From contig NC_086373.1 in assembly GCF_036588685.1 (NCBI RefSeq), positions 25,916,001 to 25,980,000 of the forward strand: a stretch of DNA of 64,000 nucleotides, given 5' to 3'. This DNA is from Mytilus trossulus (lineage: Eukaryota). The notes beneath the pieces are model-generated. The model was not told the DNA's origin and ran no database searches. It saw nothing but the letters and a program-made list of their open reading frames with translations. The translations under genes were made by a program, and so were the position numbers. Each line of letters starts with the position of its first letter. Within the stretch, counting starts at the first letter, position 1. Below are positions 55,075 through 64,000 of this stretch, in pieces.

Positions 55075-55321
55075 ATATTTATCCAGTCCTATTTTAAGCA
55101 AAGAATTAGCCTAACGTTATGTTTTCATTGGCACATGGGGAAAATGAACAGAATTACAGGTCTTCCCATAAACCAGGAACATATATATTAATATATTATA
55201 GATATACTGTTCCCAGCATAAACACATGGTAAAATAAATTGAGGAGCAAACATTTCTGTCTTTAAATGAATCGAAGCTTAAAGCATAATCATTAGCTGTG
55301 AATATCAATAAACACACACAC

Positions 55322-55463
55322 CAGTGGCAGATTCATAAATTTGTATAAGTGGGGGCCCACTGACTGCCTAAGATGGGACCTACTCCAGTCATGCTTTAGT
55401 GATTCGCTATTATTCCTAGAAAAGGGGGGCCTGGGACCTCTGGCCCCTCTAAATCTGCCTCTG
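55322..55463. mobile_element. Short CAGTGGC..GCCTCTG MITE
   Basis: CAGTGGCAGATT / AATCTGCCTCTG; relatives at about 41516-41578 and 47883-48023. Confidence 0.6.
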
Positions 55464-57818
55464 CACGCACATGTTTAATTGATATTCACAGCTAATGATT
55501 ATGCTTCAAACTTCAATCATTTTAAAGGCAAAAATTTATATATGTGGCATAAAAATATTGACACTTTATGTTTGTGACATAACATCGTGGCCACAAGTAA
55601 AAAAAATTCTGTTTAGTATTATATTTATATTGAGATCCATTTTGTTGCAACTTGTGATTAATTTTATTTGCAATCACCAATGGCAGTCAGCAGGGTTAAA
55701 TAACGTCAGTTGTTCAACCTGTTAGTCAAATGCGTTTTGTTTAAATATACTTTTTCACTTTTTTGGTCTTTTGGAAAATGTTGTTTGTGCTGTTTTTAGA
55801 CCCTTCTACAACGAATTTGTTTTACATGCACACGTATAAAAATTGCGATTTTTATCCAACACAATCATAGGTTTGAACATAGTTTTCAATTTAGACTCGT
55901 ATATATATACATTGTATATATAAAGTGACAATCTTTCATCACAAAATTTTACCAGGTGAACAGACACATGATGACAGACATAACCAATCAGAACAAAAAC
56001 CCAACAATGATTGTTGTTTGTGAATGACTGTCAAGTTATTATTCAACAAGACTGTCATACTAGCAAATAGATACAAATGTAATCATGGTAATAGGTCTTC
56101 AATAATTACAAATAAAAAAAAACTCCCCCCCCCCCCCCCTAAAAAAAAATAATATGAAAATAAGATGAATAAAAATGGAAAATATGGTAAAGTATACATA
56201 ATTTGGTGGTATTTCAGATTATGACATTGTTTTGTAACCATTTAGAACTATTGAAACAAATCAAAATATATACAGTGAATATTGAGGACTTGAAAATGTG
56301 TGAAGAATCTACATGCATAAATGTATTATAGAAAGTATATATAAAGCTGAGAAAAATTATAGTGTTAATTTACTTTAAATTGCTACATGTATCTAGAAAA
56401 CCTGTACACAGAATTTTGTTTAAAAATGATAACAACCCAAATAATAAAAAAATATTTTGTGTTTACAAATTTATTATATGTCATGTACATGTACATGTAT
56501 GTAGAGTAAAAAAAGTGAACATCCAGATGGTTTTATAAAGAATCATTATTTTTCATGTTTGTACATGCATTCTTCAATCTTTAAAGATTAAGACAGCAAA
56601 AGTGAATCCAGTTATACCCTAATATTTTTTTATACATGGTTAAAACGCTAAGGAAAAGGTATTTACCAACCAATCAATGAACAGAAACTAATACCTTTTG
56701 ACAGTCAAGATTTAAAAAGCTTTAAAATATTTTCATTCAAACAATATTTTTTATAAATATTTTTTTTTAAAGATTATTGAACATTTGTTTTAAGTGGTCT
56801 GAAAAAAAATATGAGTTTTCACTAACTGACTGACCATAATTTGTTCATAATAAAAGAAATATAACATGGATTATTATAGTTAGACCAGTAGACTGAATGC
56901 CATCATCGAAACAATTAAAATTATTTACCTTTCTATGGACCCTTATTTTTCTCAGCATTTTAAAAGACACTCAGGTACATGTTGTTGTTTTTTTACCTTA
57001 CAGACTAATACATAGCATTAAGAGAAGGTCATTATTTAGCATTTTTTAAGTAATATTTTTCCTTTTTACCTTGAAACAAATTGTCAGATAATTATTTATA
57101 AGTAAAACATGTTAAAAAATTAAATGTAAAAATGGCATTTTGATTTTTTTCCCTATATTATAAGGTTAAGCTTACAGGTGACAACACTCAAAACAACCCA
57201 TAGAAATAAAAGTGTTGTGTCTGGTTTCAAAAAAGACCCTATAATAATTTCCTTTTTTAATATTAAAATTTAAACTATCAATCTATTGATTAAACATCAT
57301 AAAATCTTATACACAAAAGCATGATCTAAGTATATATAAATGTTTGCCATATTGTGTTACCTTCAAGACAAGAGGGTGCTGATGGATGCATATACATTGT
57401 ATATTGCTCTAGTCTACATTGTCCATGGAGCTCTTTGTACACATGTATAGAGTACAAAAGTGGTCAACTGTGTGGGGTATAGCAGTCAATTGGACAAAAA
57501 ATCTACATTTTGTTGTTTTTTTGACAGATTTTTGGCATTGATATAAATAAGCTTGGACTTAAGAGTTAGTGTCTTTTACAGAATATTCAGACCTTTGTAC
57601 AGTGTGGGCAGTACAGGGGATTGTAATTGTTACCCATCCCTCTAAAATTGTTGTGCTTATACAATTGATTAGCATTTATCATGTTTATGGAAAACAATGT
57701 TGTTACATAGTAGTACTAGTGTTCTTATCAGAGCTTTAATGGAGTTAATAAAAACATTTAAAATTTAAAAGACAGATAATGTATATATATTTTTCAGTAA
57801 ATAAATTAAAAAGTTAAA

Positions 57819-60661
57819 ATGGAGGATAATGGTGAAATTGAATCTACAGAATTACCACTTACAGTCACCTCAAGTGGAGATAACTCTAAAAATCAAAAAG
57901 AAGCTGTAAATGTTTCAAGTATTCCTCAAACATTCGAGCAGATTCCTGTTGAAAATGTTTCATTACCAAGCCATTTACCTGCATACACAGATATTACTGC
58001 CACTGCCATACAAAATGTGAATAATGTTCCTTCTTCAGAAGACATTAGTTTACCACTACTTCAACTTCAACCTTCTAATATGTTGCCAGGTGCCATAACA
58101 ACCATTGGACTTCCTATTGATCCACATTTGGTGCAATTAACGCCAAGCACCAGGATTACAAATACTATGGTTTTACCACATGAGCAGTCTGAACTAGTAG
58201 AAAAATTATCATCGGTGCCAATTATGTCTGCAAGTTCTACAGATTTGCCAAGTATAGCAAATTGCATTTCAGTTGGAATGATTGGGCAGCCATTAATGTC
58301 TGTAGCATCAGCATCTTCTGATACTTCCCTAACTTCTCAAAATTTGCCCAATAGCTCCAAAGAACAGAATTTAGATCTCACTGAAAATGTTTGCCATACT
58401 GCCATGGATCAAGACTGTACAAATATTGATACACTGCAAACTGGAAGTGTTTCGCAAAACGGTAGAGATAGTGAAAAGGTATGTGATGTTACAAACCAAG
58501 AGTCTGCTGTTGATTCAATGAAGACTGATAAAACACAAACTGTTGGTTCAGATGAGGTTGATAATAAGTGTATAGACAGTTCAACACAGCATCAAAATGA
58601 CCCTGATATTATTGAAAAAATTGGTTTCAGTGTCCCAAATGAAAAACTTGATACTGAATTTTCTCCAAAAGATATTACGAAGGCAGATGACATGGAAGTT
58701 GAGAATATAATGGAACAGAAGATTAAAAAAGACAATGAAAATAAAGAACAAGCTATATATGATGTTACAGATTCTGCAGGTGTTGACAAAGTAAAACAAA
58801 GTCAGTTTCTTACAACATGTGAATTGAAAGAAACAATCGAAGAGGAAGAAAGTAGCAGAGATTCTTTAGTTGAAACAAAGGATGTTACAAAAAGTGATGA
58901 AAAGAAAACAAATAAAGGTATACATACTTAGAGTAAGAAATGCTTATTTCTTTATAGCTTCATTGATATTAAAACTGCTAAAAAAGAACCCTTTCTACCT
59001 TAAAATCCTGAATCTTCCCTTTTCATTCTTCTTTAATATTAAATCATTATGCATATGGTTCTAAAGGGACAGAGTCAGTAAGATGAGGGTGACTTGTTAA
59101 CCAAAAAAGGTTGGGATTTTTTTTTCTGACAATGTTCAAGCATTCTCAAATTATATGTTAATTTGTTTCCATATACATGCCAGGATTGCATCTTCAAATC
59201 TGTTTATAACCTTCTTTTTCAAAATGTACTATATTTACTAAAGCTATATGTGTTTGAAATTGCTTCAAAAGTTTAATTCTATACTGTACATTTATTCTCC
59301 TTTTCTCTATATTACATTTAAAACAAGAATGTGTCCAATGTACACAGATGCCACACTCACACTATCATTTTCCATGTTCAATGGACCGTGAAATTGGGTA
59401 AAAAATCTAATTTGGCATTAAAATTAGAAAGATTGTACCATAGGGAACATGGTTTTAAGTTGACCATGTTGATTGGACTCAACTTCATCAAAAACTACCT
59501 TGACCAAAAACTTTAACCTGAAACTCCCACTTTCATTTTCTTTGTTCAGTGGACCATCTAATTTGGCATTAAAATTAGAAAGATTGTACCATAGGGAACA
59601 TGGTTTTAAGTTGACCATGTTGATTGGACTCAACTTCATCAAAAACTACCTTGACCAAAAACTTTAACCTGAAACTCCCACTTTCATTTTCTTTGTTCAG
59701 TGGACCATCTAATTTGGCATTAAAATTAGAAAGATTGTACCATAGGGAACATGGTTTTAAGTTGACCATGTTGATTGGACTCAACTTCATCAAAAACTAC
59801 CTTGACCAAAAACTTTAACCTGAAACTCCCACTTTCATTTTCTTTGTTCAGTGGACCATGAAATTGGGGTCAAAAGTCTTATTTGGTTTTAAAATTCGAA
59901 AGATCATATCATAAGCAACTAGTGTACTAAGTTTCAAGTTGATTGAACTTTAGCTTCATCAAAAACTACCCTTGACCAAAAAATTTAACCTGAAGCGGGA
60001 CGATGGATGGACGCACAGACCAGAAAACATAATGTCCCTCTACTGTCATAGGTGGGGCATAATTAATGATATTAAATGTGACTTGTTTATTGATTACATG
60101 TATCTAAACATGCGAAAGACACATCCTGCTTTTACCACATGAAATTTTAGAAGTATTTAGAACTTCATCACACCAAAAGTATAAGAGGCAGTAGTGACAG
60201 CTTAAATATATATATGTATTTCTTGAAAACAATTTTCTATTCATGCAATTGGTTTATAACAAATTCAATATCAAGAGAGAAAATTTGTCACTTAAAAAAA
60301 AGTATTGTTTTTAATTTCTAAGGTTCTTGTCATAAGATAATTAAGATGTGAAAATTTGTCACTGATATTAGTATTGTTTCACATAACTGTGACTGTGTCA
60401 TATGACTGCAATAAAGATTTTAAACAGGAAAAACCTCATTCTAAATTAAGAGGGATTAATTTGTTTTCTATATACAACTACTAAAAAATAGAATGTTATC
60501 TTTTTATTGCAATCAAATTTTATTTTGTTTCTTATTTTCAGTCAAATTTCTTGTCATTTTCAGGTGCAGACACTGTTGATAATGAAGAAGCAGAATTTAT
60601 ATGGGAGAAACATTTGGAGGAGACAAATTCAGTTTCAATTCCTCCAACAGCATTTAAACAC
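57819..60661 (+). CDS. SFMBT-like (Scm-like with four MBT domains) gene, 5' part; continues beyond the window
   Basis: Exon 57819-58917 (low-complexity acidic/Ser-rich, donor AAAG|GTATAC, phase 1) joins exon 60564-60661: GADTVDNEEAEFIWEKHLEETNSVSIPPTAFKH|GTAAGC. This matches the start of the first MBT repeat of SFMBT1/2 (F.W..YLEET....P...FKH). Confidence 0.7.
59322..60062 (+). mobile_element. Helentron/HINE-like element with a 151-bp x3 satellite array
   Basis: Same ends as 39474-39930; near-identical 151-bp units start at 59406, 59557 and 59708 (also seen as duplicated ORFs 151 bp apart). Confidence 0.75.
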
Positions 60662-60868
60662 GTAAGCAGAAATGAGTGTCTTGTTACTAATGTCAAATTG
60701 ATGGCAAAAATAGATTGATAAATAAAGTTTTTCCCTTTCAAAATACTATCTACAGAAAGATTATTTTCTACACTAAACAATACGAGTTTTGAATTTGTTA
60801 CGGTGTACCTGTCTTAATACAAATTAGCTGTGCGAGTTTCAAAGACTGATTGATTGATGGATGAATCA

Positions 60869-63800
60869 TACTTACTTACTTAGTCCTTGCTATGCCTAGT
60901 GGCACATAGGGCAAGGACAAGTTTCCTCCACTCTTCTCTGTTGTTTGCTGTTCTTTCCACTGTGCCCCAGGTATATCCTCTTTCCTTTAATTCATTTTCT
61001 ACAGTGCGTCTCCATGTTGTTTTAGGTCGGCCTCTCTTTCTCTTCCCCTCTGGTGTCCATCTAAGGGCTACCTTGGTCATGTCATCAGATGGTTTGCGTA
61101 TAACATGACCAAGCCACCTCCATCTTTTCTGTATGAGCAAAGTCTCCATGTCTTTGGTATTCGTCATCTCATGTAGGTCTTTGTTGGAGATTTTGTTTGG
61201 CCAGAATATTTTCATTATCTTTCGCAGACATGTGTTATGGAAGCTTGAGAGTCTGTTGATGTCTTTGTCAGTCATTCTCCAGCACTCTGAGCCATATAGG
61301 AGTACAGAGAGTACACAGCTGTTATAGAGTCTGAGCTTTGTTTTCTTTGAAAAGGCTGTTGTTTTCCAGATGTTGCCTAATCTAATGAATGCAGATCTAG
61401 CTTTTCCTATTCTGATCTTAATGTCTCTCTCAGCACCACCTTCTGTTGTTATACAACTGCCTAGGTAATTAAATGACTCTACTGTTTCAAGCTGTTTCCC
61501 TTCTACAAATATGACAGGATGTTTCTCTGTATTGAGGTACATTAGCTTTGTCTTTTTGGCATTGATCTTAAGTCCAATCATTTTAGCTGTTTCTTCTAGC
61601 TTTTTGGTCTTCTCCTGCATATGGTCTTCGGTATGGGATAAAAGAGCTAAATCATCAGCATAGTCTGTGTCCTCAAGCATAGTACAAAGTGTCCATCTCA
61701 GTCCGGTGTTTCTTTCTGCTAGGGTTGTTCTCATTACCCAATCAATAGCAATTATAAACAGCACAGATGACATAACACATCCCTGTCTTACTCCAGATTT
61801 TACGAGGAAAGAAGTGTCAGCTTCAGAGTTGATGGTACATGAGAAATTTGTATAGAACTGCTTGATGAGTTGCACTATCTTACTTGGTATACCATAGTTT
61901 CTCAGAATTTCCCAAAGACTTTCCCGGTGTAAGCTGTCAAACGCTTTCTCGAAGTCTACAAAATTTAGCAGTAGTTTCCTCTGCCACTCATGACACTGTT
62001 CTAAGATGTTGCGTAGGACAAATATGTGGTCGATGCAGCCTCTACCTTTTCTGAAACCAGCTTGTTCTTGTCGTAGTTTCTTATCCACAGCCTCTGTTAT
62101 TCTTGAAATTAAAATTATGCAGAAGACCTTACTTGGAATGGATAGTAAGGTGATTCCTCTCCAATTGTTGCAGTTAGTCTCCTGATTTTGGTATTGTAAT
62201 GATGTTGCCTTCAGACCAATTGTTAGGGATAATAGCTTGTTCCCATATTTTCTGGAATACTGGATGTAAAGTATCCGCTGCTAGAACTGGGTCTATCTTA
62301 AAAAGTTCTGCGTTCAGTTGGTCCATGCCAGGTGCCTTTTTGTTTTTCAAGCTTTTAATGGCTTTCTGTATTTCTTGTTTTGAAGGTGGATCTGTATCTA
62401 TTTCAAGGTCTAAGGGTGCCTCAGGAATAATTGCTATATTATCTGGATCTTTTCGATTAAGAACCTCTTGAAAATGTTCCTTCCATCTCAGATATTGGTC
62501 TCGTTCTGTTGTTATCATATTGTTGTTTTTGTCTTTAATAGGCATATTTATCTTAGCATTTTTACCACTTAGTTGTTTAGTTACTTGGTAAATCTGTCTC
62601 ATTCTCTGATTTGAAGCTGCACTTTCTGCTTCTTTTGCTAGGTCTTCCATAAAATCTCTCTTGTTCTTTCTTGTTGCTGTTTTTACCTTCTTGTTGCATT
62701 CTGTATACTTTGATCTTAGCTTTTCCTTAATTCTCTCAGAACGTGTTTGGCAAATTTTGTTGTTCACTTCTTTCCTTTCATCTATCAAATTCCAAGTTTC
62801 AGGTGTTATCCATTCTTTGTGTACTTGTCTTTTGAATCCTAGTACCTGTTTACTGGCTTGAGTGTAGATTTCATGTATGTGCTGCCATTCATCATTGACT
62901 GATATTGTGGTTGTGTTGTCAGTTGTGAGGTTGTCTAATAGCTGAAACCTGTTCTTTATTTCCAGTTTAAACTCTTGCTGGATTTTTGGATCTTGTAATT
63001 TACCAACATCAAATTTCCTTGACACGTTTACATAAGTAGACAACTTTTTAAGTTTCAGTTTGATGTTTGCAATTACTAGATGGTGGTCACTAGCAACATC
63101 TGCACCCCTCATAACGCGTACATCTTGCAGAGATCTTTTCCACTTTCCATTGATGATAATATGGTCTATTTGGTTTTTGTCTCTACCATTTGGAGAAGTC
63201 CATGTCAGCTTATGTATATCTCTATGAGGGAAGATAGTACCCCCTATTACAAAGTTATTAGCACTACATAAGTCCACTAAACGTTCTCCATTGTCGTTGA
63301 TCTTGCCACACCCATATTTTCCCATTTCTCTTTCATTCCCGGTGTTATCATTTCCTACTTTGGCGTTCAAATCACCCATCACTATTGTAACATCATGTTT
63401 TGGTACTTTTTCTATCTCAGATTGTAGAGCTAGATAGAAATCAGTTTTCACATCATCCTCTGCTTCATTTGTTGGAGCATAGCATTGAATGATGGTTAGT
63501 TTTCCCTGCCTTGCTTGGAAGCGAGCTCTGATTATTCTTTCGTTTACAGGGGCATACTCTTATCATGGCCTTTGTAACGTTTCTGCTCATTATAATTGCT
63601 ACTCCTGCTTGATGTTTTTCGTCTTTTCTACCAGAATACAAAATTGTTTTACCTGTACTTGTAGATTTTTTACCACATCCAGTCCATCGACATTCACTAA
63701 TACCTAGCAGGTGGAGTTTGTATGCTCTCATTTCTCTGATGACTTGCGCTTGTTTTCCTGTTTCATACATTGTTCTTACATTCCAACATCCAAGTTTTAG

Positions 63801-64000
63801 TTTTGTTCTCGTGCTCAAAATACTTTTCATGTTGTCAGCTTCCGTTAGGCTTTCACTGACATCATTCATGCTTGCAGATGTCTGCTGGTACTCTGATCTT
63901 AATACGAGATGAGTTAAATTTTTTCTTGTCCTTGTTTCCGTAACTGCATTTTTTTTATGAGACGAGATAGTTGGTCTTGTGCTCAACCCCCAACCTGGAG
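60869..64000 (-). mobile_element. RTE-clade non-LTR retrotransposon, near full length (APE endonuclease + RT), 2 frameshifts
   Basis: GCWNVRT..LGISECRW; MGDLNAKVG..DHIII..SDHHLV; EQAGFR..FVDFEKAFDSL..GVRQGC..YADDLALL; RWRWLGHV..GKRKRGRPKTTW; (TAAG)n 3' tail at 60869-82; frameshifts near 63560 and 62177. Intronic and antisense to the SFMBT-like gene. Confidence 0.95.

Noticed and set aside
59331-59818. Repeated identical small ORFs
   Set aside because: By-product of the 151-bp tandem array.
60887-63912. Plus-strand ORFs over the LINE and antisense ORFs over 57819-58931
   Set aside because: Shadow ORFs of real coding sequence on the opposite strand.

Overview
AT-rich eukaryotic (animal) genomic DNA. 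The interspersed repeat families suggest a bivalve mollusc, probably a Mytilus-like mussel (inference). The ORF track mostly misses the real genes because they are spliced. I assembled GT-AG exons by hand and found five genes. (1) A head-to-tail array of three divergent paralogues on the minus strand (about 4.0-25.4 kb) with identical exon phases, a signal peptide and a conserved Cys-rich ectodomain. One has a TM helix plus a long SEFIR/TIR-like tail, one has a TM helix plus a ~30-aa tail, and one has no 3' end visible in the window. The architecture resembles a minimal IL-17-receptor-like signalling/decoy set. (2) A complete 7-exon STIMATE/TMEM110 orthologue (minus, 37.9-45.8 kb). (3) The 5' part of an SFMBT-like MBT-repeat gene (plus, from about 57.8 kb). 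The rest is dense with mobile DNA: a near-intact RTE LINE, an internally deleted BEL/Pao LTR element, Penelope-like fragments, decayed hammerhead retrozymes, Helentron-type elements carrying satellite arrays, and several MITEs with readable TSDs. One MITE is a CAC..GTG, 5-bp-TSD (Transib/RAG-type) foldback element in the first intron of the short-tailed receptor gene. All calls come from reading the sequence; no database searches were run.
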